The translations under genes were made by a program, and so were the position numbers. Shown here one piece after another: positions 1 to 9,071 of a stretch of 64,000 nucleotides of DNA. This stretch comes from an uncultured delta proteobacterium (GTDB taxonomy: Bacteria > Desulfobacterota > RBG-13-43-22). A model generated the notes under the pieces. The model had not been told where the DNA came from. It was given only the letters and a program-made list of their open reading frames with translations, and ran no database searches. Position 1 is the first letter of the stretch. Each line of letters opens with the position of its first letter. The stretch lies in NCBI GenBank assembly GCA_963743305.1, contig CAVUPH010000017.1, positions 1 through 64,000 on the forward strand. The letters run 5' to 3'.

Positions 1-15
1 ATGTTATTAATTTAG

Positions 16-44
16 TTGACATACACATTTAAAGATGATATCCT
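16..44 (+). promoter_or_regulatory. sigma70-type promoter for the HTH/transposase unit
   Basis: TTGACA (16-21), 17-bp spacer, TGn-TATCCT (39-44); AGGAGG RBS at 61-66 before ATG 72. Confidence 0.6.
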
Positions 45-71
45 CCCGGAAACAATCCGAAGGAGGGCATC

Positions 72-410
72 ATGAACGAATCCCAGGTCAAGGACGTCAT
101 TTTTGAAGCGATTGAAACCAGCTTGGAAGCCCAACTGCGAGCCGTCCGGCGATTGCGGTCCGGTAAAGAAACAGCTCCCAAGCGTAAAATCCGAAAGGGT
201 ATGTCCCAGGTAGACATGGCTTTCGACATACTTTCAAGAACCGAGGGGCCGCTGCATATCAGCGAGATCATCCGTCGGATGGCCGAAGTCCATAATCGCC
301 AAGTCGACCGGGAATCGCTGGTCTCGTCGCTGGTAAAAAAGGTCCAGCGAGGCGATCGTTTCGTACGTACCGACAAAAATGTTTTTGGGTTGTTAAAAGA
401 GGCTCGGTAG
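72..410 (+). CDS. winged-helix (HARE-HTH/RpoE-delta-like) small DNA-binding protein, IS accessory ORF
   Basis: Pattern MSQVDMAFDIL..GPLHISEII..SLVSSL..RFVRT..VFGL resembles HARE-HTH; strong RBS; stop is 2 bp before the transposase ATG. Confidence 0.7.
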   Translation: MNESQVKDVIFEAIETSLEAQLRAVRRLRSGKETAPKRKIRKGMSQVDMAFDILSRTEGPLHISEIIRRMAEVHNRQVDRESLVSSLVKKVQRGDRFVRTDKNVFGLLKEAR

Positions 411-412
411 CC

Positions 413-1789
413 ATGTTGCTCCAAACCTTCACCTCGCTGATGGCCGAAGGCTGGCGCCCGGTCTTTGCTCAACAGCGGACCCAGGAACGGGCCGTAGGAC
501 AGGCCTTGAGTCTGCCCTTGGTTCTGGGCCGACGCACCATTTCCCGAAGTCTGTGCGCCCTGGATCGAGCGGATCGGGATTGGAGCGCGGACTACAAGTT
601 GTTCTCCCGGAGCCCTTGGAGGGCGGCGGACTTGTTTGATCCCGTTTTGGAAGCCTATCTGGGGCGCTATGACCGGGGTCCGGTGACGGTAGCCTTGGAT
701 GACAGTTTGTATCCGAAAACCGGGAAGAAGATTCCGGGAGCGCGTTGGTACAAGGACCCGCTGTCTCCTCCGTTTCGAGTCAACTTGCGTTTTGGTTTGC
801 GGTTTTTGCAGGCCAGTCTGCTTTTTCCTCTGCATCAGGAGGGTCCCTTTGCGGCACGGGCTATTCCGATGGCCTTCGACCAGGCCCCCACCGTGAAGAA
901 GCCCGGCAAGCGGGCTACCGACGAAGAGCGGCAGGCCTACCGTCGTTTGAAGAAGGAAATCAATCTGTCGTGTTCGGCCATCCAGCAATTGGAGCGGTTG
1001 CGAAAAAGGCTGGACGATACCGGAGCCACCCATCGACGGCTGTGGGCCGTTCTGGACGGCAGTTTTTGTAATCGGACGTTGTTTCGGGCCCCCTGGGATC
1101 GGGTGATCCTCCTGGCCCGCTGTCGCAAAGATGCCCGCTTGTGCTATCCGGCGGCGGGGCCCGGTAAGCGGCGCTACGAGGCCCAGTTGTTTACTCCGGA
1201 ATCGGTTCGGGCCGATTCCCGAGTGGTTTGGAAACGAGTTCGGATCTATTACGCGAATCGTCGACGTTGGATCCGAGTGAAAGAACGGAAGAACCTCTTG
1301 TGGCGCCGTGGGGCCGGTACCCACCTTCTGCGGTTGATCGTGATTGCCCCCCAACCGTATAAAAACTCCAAAAAAGGGCGCACCTACTATCGGGATCCGG
1401 CTTATCTGTTGACCACCGACGTGACCGCTTCTTTGAAACGACTGGTCCAGGCCTATTTTGATCGTTGGCAGATCGAGGTCAATCATCGTGATCAAAAATC
1501 CTTGCTCGGGGTAGGTCAGGCTCAAGTGCATTCCCTAAAGTCCGTCCCCCGGCATCCCGCTTTATCGGTAGCTTCGTATAGTTTGTTGTTAGTGGCTGGC
1601 CTACAAACGTATGGTCCGGGCCGTTCCCAGGCCCTCGCCCCTCTGCCTAAGTGGAGAAACCAGCCGCCTCACCGTTTCTCTACGTTGGATCTGTTTACGC
1701 AACTGCGTCGTGAAATCAACGAAACGGCAGTTTCTCCATTCCCAACACAAAATATATCGAAAAATCTCATGACTTATGCTTATACCTGA
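413..1789 (+). CDS. DDE transposase, IS701/IS4-like
   Basis: Catalytic-type motifs VALDDS, VLDGSF and YFDRWQIEVNHRDQK; 458 aa, Arg/Lys rich. Confidence 0.85.
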   Translation: MLLQTFTSLMAEGWRPVFAQQRTQERAVGQALSLPLVLGRRTISRSLCALDRADRDWSADYKLFSRSPWRAADLFDPVLEAYLGRYDRGPVTVALDDSLYPKTGKKIPGARWYKDPLSPPFRVNLRFGLRFLQASLLFPLHQEGPFAARAIPMAFDQAPTVKKPGKRATDEERQAYRRLKKEINLSCSAIQQLERLRKRLDDTGATHRRLWAVLDGSFCNRTLFRAPWDRVILLARCRKDARLCYPAAGPGKRRYEAQLFTPESVRADSRVVWKRVRIYYANRRRWIRVKERKNLLWRRGAGTHLLRLIVIAPQPYKNSKKGRTYYRDPAYLLTTDVTASLKRLVQAYFDRWQIEVNHRDQKSLLGVGQAQVHSLKSVPRHPALSVASYSLLLVAGLQTYGPGRSQALAPLPKWRNQPPHRFSTLDLFTQLRREINETAVSPFPTQNISKNLMTYAYT

Positions 1790-1812
1790 CCTGAAAAAGG
1801 TCCAAACTCCAG

Positions 1813-1833
1813 AGTCCCGCGCTTCGCGGGACT
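1813..1833. repeat. Perfect REP-like palindrome abutting the IS end
   Basis: AGTCCCGCG-CTT-CGCGGGACT. Confidence 0.7.
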
Positions 1834-1897
1834 GTGATTAATAATTGAAATATTTTCATCCTTCAAATAAAAACCACCTGAACGGAGGAAGGGTTGC

Positions 1898-2461
1898 ATG
1901 CCTGATTTGATTTCCCGGTCCCGGGAGGAGATTTTGCGCGAGGCGGAAGAGAAGGCCTACGCCAATGAAAAGAGTTTTCATGGGTGCAGCCAGTCCACGT
2001 TGGCCGCCCTGCAGGACGTTTTTGATTGCCGGAATGATGCGGTGTTTCAGGCCGCCAGCGGCCTGGGGGGCGGGGTGGGCCTGACCGCTGAAACCGCCTG
2101 CGGCGGGTTAACGGGCGGCTGTATGTTCATCAGCCAGCTTGGCGGAAGAAAACGGGAAGCGGACGGCAGCTTCGGGGATAAAGAGAATTTCCGCTTCAAG
2201 GCCTATAAATACTGTCAGCTTCTGGCCGAACGTTTTTTTGAAGAATACGAGGCTTGCAACTGCTTCGAGGTGCAGAAGGTAAAATTGGAAGGCCGCTCCT
2301 ATGTCCTGGCCAAGCCCGATGAGTTCCAGGAGTTTATCGGCCGGGGAGGGCACAGCCACGTCTGTCCCGAAGTCATCGGCCAGGCGGCCCGCTGGACGGC
2401 GGAGATCATCCTGGACCACCTGGAGGACTTCGGCCTGGCGGATAAGATCAAGTTAATTTGA
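1898..2461 (+). CDS. C-GCAxxG-C-C family redox-active protein
   Basis: GCSQS, ASGLGGGVG, CGGLTGG, CNC and VCPEV cysteine pattern. Confidence 0.8.
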   Translation: MPDLISRSREEILREAEEKAYANEKSFHGCSQSTLAALQDVFDCRNDAVFQAASGLGGGVGLTAETACGGLTGGCMFISQLGGRKREADGSFGDKENFRFKAYKYCQLLAERFFEEYEACNCFEVQKVKLEGRSYVLAKPDEFQEFIGRGGHSHVCPEVIGQAARWTAEIILDHLEDFGLADKIKLI

Positions 2462-2487
2462 GCGATTCAAATCCAAGGAAGGGGTTC

Positions 2488-2774
2488 ATGATGTCCATCC
2501 TGGTAGCTTTTACGGCTAAACTCAAGGAGGGGGTCGAGGAACGTTATCGCGTCCTCTCCAAGGAGGTCCTGGAACAGGCCCTCCAACAGCCCGGCCTGAT
2601 CTTCCTGGACCGGGGCGATCGGTGATGCAGGAACGGGGCATCATCTCCGTCAGCGAATGGGCTTCCGAAGAGGCGCTTGAGGCCTGGAGAAACCATCCGG
2701 TGCACCGCCGGGCTCAGGAACTGGCCCTTAAAGAGCTCTTTGAATCCCATATTTTGAAGAAGGCCAAACTCTAA
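2488..2774 (+). CDS. Antibiotic-biosynthesis-monooxygenase (ABM) family protein, one frameshift (absent from ORF track)
   Basis: MMSILVAFTAKLK..QQPGLIFLDR, then after adding one G in the run near 2612: SVMQERGIISVSEWASEEALEAWRNHPVHRRAQE; W-SEEA-AWR-HP-H-AQ is ABM-typical. Confidence 0.75.
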
Positions 2775-2805
2775 TAAAATCAACCAAAAATTTATTTTTT
2801 GGTTC

Positions 2806-2927
2806 AAATTCGAAATTCGAAGCACGAAATCCGAAACAAATTCAAATGACCAAATCTCAAAATCCGAAACGTTTTTGTTTTGAACCTTTGAATTTTGGAC
2901 CTTCGTGCTTGTTCCGAATTTGGGCAT
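2806..2927. repeat. Heptamer-repeat inverted element (AAATTCG/AAATCCG units and their complements)
   Basis: AAATTCG AAATTCG AAGCACG AAATCCG AAAC mirrored by TTCGTGCTTGTTCCGAATTT. Confidence 0.6.
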
Positions 2928-2970
2928 CAATTTAGCTTTTTGAAATGATTTTATTTTAAAACCTGGTTTA

Positions 2971-3188
2971 TTCACCACAGAGGCACAGAGGACACAGAGC
3001 ATTTCAGTTTTTCTTTGGCGGGATCCCGCCGCCGGCGGGACGCCAAAGAAAAAACAATCCGTCGCTTCGCGAATAAGAGGTTCACCAAGTGCCGTAGGTC
3101 CCGCTGGAAGCGGGATTTTCAGAAATCGGTATCTCCCGATTTCTGAAAAAACAAGGGGTCTCTGTGTTCTCCGTGTCTCTGTGGTGAA
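2971..3188. repeat. MITE-like element with 29-bp terminal inverted repeats and nested hairpins
   Basis: TTCACCACAGAGGCACAGAGGACACAGAG (2971-2999) vs the complement of 3160-3188, 26/29 identical; internal hairpins TTTTCTTTGGCG..CGCCAAAGAAAA and TTTTCAGAAATCGG..CCGATTTCTGAAAA. Confidence 0.75.
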
Positions 3189-3266
3189 AAAGATTTTTAA
3201 AATATAGAGCTTAGAATTCAACCTCCGCCTTTTTTGAAAAGGCCGGAAGAAGAAAGGGAGAACGCC

Positions 3267-4539
3267 ATGGCCAGCTATTTGAAGAAAGCCCAGGAGCGTC
3301 CGGAGCAGGACTTGCGGGTCGTATCGGATCTGGTAAGGGAAGTGTTGGATCGTGTCCGTCTGGAAGGGGAGGCGGCCGTCCGGTTTTATTCCAAGAAATT
3401 TGACCAGTGGGACCCGCCCAGCTTTCGCCTTTCGGAAGCGGAGGTGGAAAAGTCCATCCGGACCCTGTCCCCGCTGGAAAAAGAGGATATCGATTTTTGC
3501 CAGGCCCAGATCCGGAACTTCGCCGAGAAACAGCGGGAGGTCATCCGGGGTTTTGAGGCGGAAACCTTACCGGGCATCCATTTGGGGCAGAAGATCATTC
3601 CGGTGGCGGCCAGCGGTTCCTACATCCCGGGAGGCCGGTATCCCATGCTGGCCTCGGCCCACATGACCGTCATCACCCCCAAAGTGGCCGGGGTGGGGCG
3701 GGTGGTGGCCTGCACGCCTCCCACCAAGGGCCAGGGGATCCATCCGGCCACGCTCTACTCCATGAAAGCCGGCGGGGCGGATGAGATCTTTTGCCTGGGC
3801 GGGGTTCAGGCCCTGGCCGCCATGGCCTACGGGATGGAAGGGCTGGAGCCGGTGGACCTGATCGTCGGGGCCGGAAACGTGTATGTGGCCGAAGCCAAAC
3901 GGCAGCTCTTCGGCCGGGTGGGGATTGATTTATTGGCCGGACCCACTGAAATTTTAGTCTTAATCGACGAGACGGCCGACCCGTATATTGTCGCCGCGGA
4001 TATCCTGGGTCAGGCCGAGCACGACCCCAATGCGCGTCAGGCCCTGGTGTCCCTCTCCAAGAGTGCGGCCGAAAAGGTTATGGCCGAGATTGAAGTCCAA
4101 CTGAAAACCCTTCCCACAAGGGAAATCGCCTCGGTCTCCTGGGGGAATAACGGGGAAGTGATCCTGGTGGACACTCCGGAGGAAGCGGTGGAAGTCTGCG
4201 ACGCCTGGGCCCCTGAACATCTGGAGGTCCAGACCGCCGATTGGCGCTACTATCTGGACCACCTCAAGAACTATGGCTCCATCTTTCTGGGTGAGGAAAC
4301 GACGGTGGCCTACGGCGACAAATCCATCGGCACCAACCACGTCCTCCCCACCATGCGGGCCGCCCGCTATACCGGCGGGCTGTACGTCGGGAAGTTCCTC
4401 AAGGTGGTGACCTATCAGTACGCCACCCGGGAGGCCTCCAGGCAAGCTCGGAGCCGTCTGCGAGCGGGCCTGCAACTATGAGAACATGCTGGCCCACGGG
4501 ATTTCCTGTAAAGTCCGGGTGGAAAAATACGGCCACTAA
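3267..4539 (+). CDS. Histidinol dehydrogenase paralogue, HpsN (sulfopropanediol dehydrogenase)-like clade; frameshift near 4443
   Basis: YIPGGRYP, GGVQA, AGPTE, QAEHD, PEHLE, YGDK.IGTNHVLPT; C-terminus LGAVCERACNYENMLAHGIS continues in another frame to TAA 4539. Confidence 0.85.
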
Positions 4540-4731
4540 TCCCGGGCGACTGCTTCTCCCCAACCGGGAGGTGGAATGCGGTTGCCGTCCGAAGGCAAAA
4601 ATGGATGGTGACCTGCATGAAAAAAGCAAAGTATGCCGTCATTTTACCAGGTAGAATGACGGCATACTAGACAGAGTTGGAATGGCTTCTCCGGAATAGA
4701 TTATACTCCTTCGCCGTAATCCCTCGAGCCG
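4460..4731 (+). repeat. Direct repeat copy 1 (3' end of hisD-like gene plus downstream hairpin)
   Basis: Aligns by eye along about 270 bp with 6266-6535; first ~70 bp nearly identical. Confidence 0.9.
4630..4668. terminator. Strong hairpin downstream of hisD-like gene (second copy near 6432-6472)
   Basis: AGTATGCCGTCATT..AATGACGGCATACT 14-bp stem. Confidence 0.55.
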
Positions 4732-5212
4732 AGCCACAGCCCCTTGCACCAGTTGTCCATGAAAGCGGGACCGGATGTGGCGTCAACACCCGAGGATGGC
4801 ATTGAGGTTTTCCACTTCCTCCATTTCGCTGATCTGCTGGCCAGACGCTCACTCTAAATAGAAATCTTTGAGCCCCCCTCCTCCGAGGGTAAGAGAGAAG
4901 GGGGCAAGGGCTTCTTCCCAAAATCTGGTTTTTCGAAATCAGCCCTCAGAATGAATTTCAATCGGTAGCCATTGATTTTAGTTCCTTTTGTGATTAAATT
5001 ATAAGGATAAATTTGTGCTCATCACTGGTTCTGTGAGGGGCCGCAGTCACCGGATACAGGTTGAATTATTGGGAAACCGCTTGGAAACCAGGCGGCTAAC
5101 CGAGAAAATAAACCTCAACTTGTAGTATCGGGAGAAACCGGTTCACTCGATTCAATAAATCTTTTCTTGGATGAGGAAGTGGTGAGCAGAAACAATCTTA
5201 AGGAGGTAGTTC

Positions 5213-6187
5213 ATGCAACAAAGATGTACTCGGAGATGTAATATGGGTCAGGCGAACGAGTCAGGGCGAAAGGTATTGGTTAAGACGTTGGTTTCCATCG
5301 CCTTCATCCTGACTGTTGGGTTTTTAGCCCCGATGGCTTCGGCAGCGCCGATCGAAGCGACTATTGAGTATCAGCCGATGACAAGCGACGGGCTTGCCGC
5401 GGGCTATCCGTTTGAGGCCTGGGTGGTCTTCGACAAGTCCTCAGACCCGACTGTGCCGGGTTATGCGTTGCCGGCCGGCGCGACGTTCCGTTTCACGTTT
5501 CCCCAGGCTTTTACCCCCCAAGTCGCCGGCCCGCGTCCTTCGGCCGTCCTTCTCTATGGCTGGCCGCAGCGTCCTGCTCTTATACCCTTTACGGTAGGAC
5601 TCGACCCCCAAGACCCCCGAACGATCGTCCTTAAGCTTACGGAGGCCTTTCCCGCCGGTCCGCCCGAGCGTCCGGGACTGAAATCGATCCACCTCCGTTG
5701 GGGCCCGCTTAACCCCACTCAGGCAGGCGGCTATCCCATCACCATCCAACTGATTGATGCCGGGCCATTGTCCGGAACGACCCAGGCCATTGCACAGATC
5801 ACCCCAAAGCCAGTACCAAATGTGGCGGCCTATAACCCCCTGCATGATGGACGCAATGAGAACTGGCAGCATGTGAAGGCAGGCCAGGAGGCGGCACTGC
5901 CCATCGATCTTTTGGTCACCCTCCCCGATAAGGCTCGTTCCTTCATATCCTTGAAACCCACCAAAGAGGGAAACCTCGAGATCCTCAGCGACATGGCGCC
6001 GATAGGGACGATCACGCGGCGAGGCGCTCCCGTCACCCTCAAGCCGGAACCTTTCGGTCCGGGCTTTGCGCGTTTAGGCATTATCCGCTATTATGTTACG
6101 GCCGGTTCGGAGCCGGGCGTGGCCCAAATAGAAGCACAGCTAAATGGTGGCACGCGTTACACGATCAACGTGATTGTCGAGCGCTGA
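5213..6187 (+). CDS. Hypothetical secreted protein
   Basis: AAGGAGG RBS; signal-peptide-like segment ending ASA-A; Pro/beta-strand rich; no recognised motif. Confidence 0.7.
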   Translation: MQQRCTRRCNMGQANESGRKVLVKTLVSIAFILTVGFLAPMASAAPIEATIEYQPMTSDGLAAGYPFEAWVVFDKSSDPTVPGYALPAGATFRFTFPQAFTPQVAGPRPSAVLLYGWPQRPALIPFTVGLDPQDPRTIVLKLTEAFPAGPPERPGLKSIHLRWGPLNPTQAGGYPITIQLIDAGPLSGTTQAIAQITPKPVPNVAAYNPLHDGRNENWQHVKAGQEAALPIDLLVTLPDKARSFISLKPTKEGNLEILSDMAPIGTITRRGAPVTLKPEPFGPGFARLGIIRYYVTAGSEPGVAQIEAQLNGGTRYTINVIVER

Positions 6188-6265
6188 GCGGAGAAGATCT
6201 GCCGAAGAGAAACCGGGGACGGCAAACCGAACAGGCATAGTGCCGGAGAGCAGAGACGTTCTCTC

Positions 6266-6535
6266 GCGAGCGGGCCTGCAACTATGAGAACATGCTGGCC
6301 CACGGGATTTCCTGTAAGGTCCGGGTGGAAAAATACGGTCAATAATCCGGGCGACTGTTCTCCCAATCGGGAGGTGGAATGCAGTTGCCGGCTGAAGGCA
6401 AAAAGGGACGTTGACCTGGATGAAAAAAGCATAGTATGCCGTCATTTTACCATGGCAAAATGACGGCATACTCGGACAGATTTGGAATGGCTTCTCCGGA
6501 ATAGACTGTAATCCTCCGCCGTAATCCCCGAGCCG
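6266..6535 (+). repeat. Direct repeat copy 2 (orphan 3' end of hisD-like gene)
   Basis: Encodes ERACNYENMLAHGISCKVRVEKYGQ-stop with no upstream gene. Confidence 0.9.
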
Positions 6536-6630
6536 GGCCTTGAATTTTGGGCCGGATTGCACGATTTATAACACTAATCGTTTACTACCTCCTCCAGCAA
6601 TTTAAGTCCCCCAAGAAATAAAACTTCCTA

Positions 6631-6659
6631 TTTACTGTCCTCCTAAAATGGTGTATAAT
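6631..6659 (+). promoter_or_regulatory. sigma70-type promoter
   Basis: TTTACT-17 bp-TATAAT upstream of ATG 6725. Confidence 0.55.
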
Positions 6660-6724
6660 TCGGGTCATTCAGGCGGAAAATAGTGGCTCCAATTCTGAGA
6701 CTGTTAATAAAAGGAGAAAATCTG

Positions 6725-7489
6725 ATGAAACCTCTCAAATCAATCTGCATCATTCTCCCCATCAAAGCCTGTGCGATAGTCATGCTTCTCATTATGGCCA
6801 CCGCCGCACTGGCTCAAGTACCTACCATGCATTACCAGGGGCGATTACTCGATCCAGGAACAGGCAAACCAAAGGCGGACGGTGTGTATCCCATGACATT
6901 CGGATTATACACGACATCAGGTGGTGGCGCGCCCATCTGGTCCGAAATCAAGGATGTGGCGGTTACCAATGGTATCTTCAGTACAATGTTGGGGGACACT
7001 ACGCTGCTCAATGTGGGAAATTTCAACGGGCAGGATTTATGGCTGGGGATCACTCTGAGCGGGGATCCCCAAATGACGCCGCGCCAACCTTTGGCATATG
7101 TTCCCTATTCAATCTATGCCGGCAACGCCGATAAACTGGACGGGTCGAGCGCCAGTAGCTTTGCCTCTTCATCCCACAACCATAGCGCTTTACCCCGCGC
7201 CTACGGATATGTGTCGGAATTTGATCCCCTGCTGCGTCCCGGGTCCTATAATGTTGACAGTGTTGTGTGGAATGGGACATTATTGCGTTATGAGATAACC
7301 CTGACGAATTTCAATTACAGTATTGATGATGTGGCGGTGGCCACCATTATAGGGGATGCAGGTAGTTGCCCGGCCGGCACGGTGATCCGCACAACCAGCG
7401 TGGACGGCAAGCTGTTGGTTTACATATTAAACAGCGCCGGCGCCAAAATACAATGCAGTTTCCATTTCGTCGCCTTCGCGGGGCAATAG
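6725..7489 (+). CDS. Secreted protein with YQGRL-type N-terminal domain
   Basis: AAGGAG RBS; signal peptide ALA-Q; motif HYQGRLLD..G.Y.MTF.LY..GG..WSE..V.V.NG.FS..LG and VPYS..A.NADKLDG, as in fibre-like surface proteins. Confidence 0.7.
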   Translation: MKPLKSICIILPIKACAIVMLLIMATAALAQVPTMHYQGRLLDPGTGKPKADGVYPMTFGLYTTSGGGAPIWSEIKDVAVTNGIFSTMLGDTTLLNVGNFNGQDLWLGITLSGDPQMTPRQPLAYVPYSIYAGNADKLDGSSASSFASSSHNHSALPRAYGYVSEFDPLLRPGSYNVDSVVWNGTLLRYEITLTNFNYSIDDVAVATIIGDAGSCPAGTVIRTTSVDGKLLVYILNSAGAKIQCSFHFVAFAGQ

Positions 7490-7491
7490 GC

Positions 7492-7800
7492 ATGAACATA
7501 GAAAAATCCTTTCGAATCAGTCCATGGCTCATCATTGGTTTGGTGATCCTGACCTCGGGGCTGCTGTCGACCGATGTGGCTTCGGCCCAGAGCTCCCCGT
7601 CTTTCGACGCCACCTGGAGCCGGTTTGCTGATGGTGGCGGGACTCGTCAATCAACCACCTATCAGCTACAGGATATCCTGGGCCAATGGGTATTACAAAG
7701 TCCCGCCGGCACCCATTCCCGGATTGTCACCGATTTCTTTTGGGATGGAGATACGCTGGCAAATACAATGCGCTTTTTACCTCTTATAATAAAGCACTAG
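7492..7800 (+). CDS. Small secreted protein with C-terminal FLPLIIK tail
   Basis: Signal peptide ASA-Q; W...DGGG....S..YQL...LGQ..FFW motif; 2 bp after previous stop. Confidence 0.7.
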   Translation: MNIEKSFRISPWLIIGLVILTSGLLSTDVASAQSSPSFDATWSRFADGGGTRQSTTYQLQDILGQWVLQSPAGTHSRIVTDFFWDGDTLANTMRFLPLIIKH

Positions 7801-7816
7801 GCGAGACGAAATATGG

Positions 7817-8154
7817 CAGGGTCTCGCCGAAGGCATCAACTTCGGCCTTCAGGCGGGCCTGGACATGAAGCAGGTGCTGGAGGTTATCGGCCGGGGCGCC
7901 GCCCAGTCGTGGCAAATGGACAACCGCGGCAAAACCATGGTGGACGACCAATTCGATTTTGGCTTTGCCGTGGACTGGATGCGCAAGGACCTGCGCATCT
8001 GCCTTGAGGAGGCAAAAAAAGAGGCGCCGCGCTGCCGGTCACCGAATTGGTCAATGACTACTATGGTGAAGTGCAGAAGATGGGCGGGGGCCGCTGGGAT
8101 ACCTCCAGCCTGATCCGGCGTCTCAGAAAAAATCAAGAAGGGGGGAATTTGTAA
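7817..8154 (+). pseudogene. 3' remnant of a beta-hydroxyacid (3-hydroxyisobutyrate-family) dehydrogenase
   Basis: QGLAEGINFG..AAQSWQM..FDFGFAVDWMRKDL..LPVT..GRWDTSSLI; N-terminal Rossmann domain absent; frameshift in the A-run near 8035. Confidence 0.8.
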
Positions 8155-8484
8155 GGAAAAACTTCCATCTTGACTATCCATTCCCTTAGGAGTATTTTCG
8201 AAATAGTTAACCACCCAGACTTTATTAACCTCCCAAAAAACCTCTAACCTTATGGAGTCCAATATGAAATGGGAATTCCAGCAGGTTCAAATTTTCTCTG
8301 TAATCTGGAAAGGATTCTAAATTATTTAACAATTTTAATAAGTTACGAGGAATCTGGGGAGGTTTGTTGACCACGGGGCGTCAATCCAGAGACAAATGAT
8401 TTTCACTTGCATTTCCAGAAGTTTTTGGGTCGGGGAATTATACAGAAGCTTTAGAATAACTTGATGCACACGGAGATACCATCA

Positions 8485-9025
8485 ATGGCATGTATTTTTT
8501 GTGAGCCGGATGACGATCTGGGCAATCGCGTGTATTACAAAGACGCCCGATGGTACGCCTTTCTATCGTCCCCGCCTCACACCCGGGGACACACGATTTA
8601 TCGTCTCTACCTCTCCCCAAGAACTCCACAAACAGCGATCGCTGCCCCAAAGTGATATCAAGCCTTGTTCTTGGAGGACTCGAATTTGCACTCCCTAAAG
8701 TCACCTCGGCAATCCAAGAAGCATATGACCCGAAACCTAAAGATATCCTGCTTGCCTCGCTTCGTGGTGATAAACCGCACTTCCATATTCATCTCATCCC
8801 GCTGTGGCCAGAAGAGGAACAGCGCTGGCCGAAGTGACGGGCTATCCAAACGCTCACCTTATGGAATTTCTCGGATCTGTGGAAAAGAAACATGATTTCG
8901 AAATGCTTTGGATAGAGGCAAAAGAGAAAAAAAGGGAAGAGGAGCAACGTATAAAGTGCACAAAGCTTATGTCGAGGCAGATCGAAAAACTAAGGCTTGT
9001 CACAAAATACAAAGATCAAACTTGA
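8485..9025 (+). CDS. HIT family protein, two frameshifts (about 8597 and 8830)
   Basis: MACIFC start, P..RGHT, HFHIHLIP histidine triad spread over three frames. Confidence 0.75.
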
Positions 9026-9071
9026 CCGGCTCAACTTTACAGCTACACTTAATACAAAAATGAAATTGCCC

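Larger units (their letters stand above)
1..1812 (+). mobile_element. Two-ORF insertion sequence (HTH + DDE transposase); left end probably outside the window
   Basis: Coupled ORFs; putative right end AAAAAGGTCCAAACTCCAG (1794-1812) just after the transposase stop; no left IR visible. Confidence 0.65.

Noticed and set aside
29-1531. 500-aa minus-strand ORF
   Set aside because: Antisense shadow of the HTH and transposase genes; no recognisable motifs
2544-3221. 225-aa minus-strand ORF
   Set aside because: Reads through inverted-repeat elements and antisense to the ABM gene
4740-4850. Possible HpcH/HpaI aldolase fragment (QISEMEEVENLNAIL) on the minus strand
   Set aside because: Too short and degenerate to support
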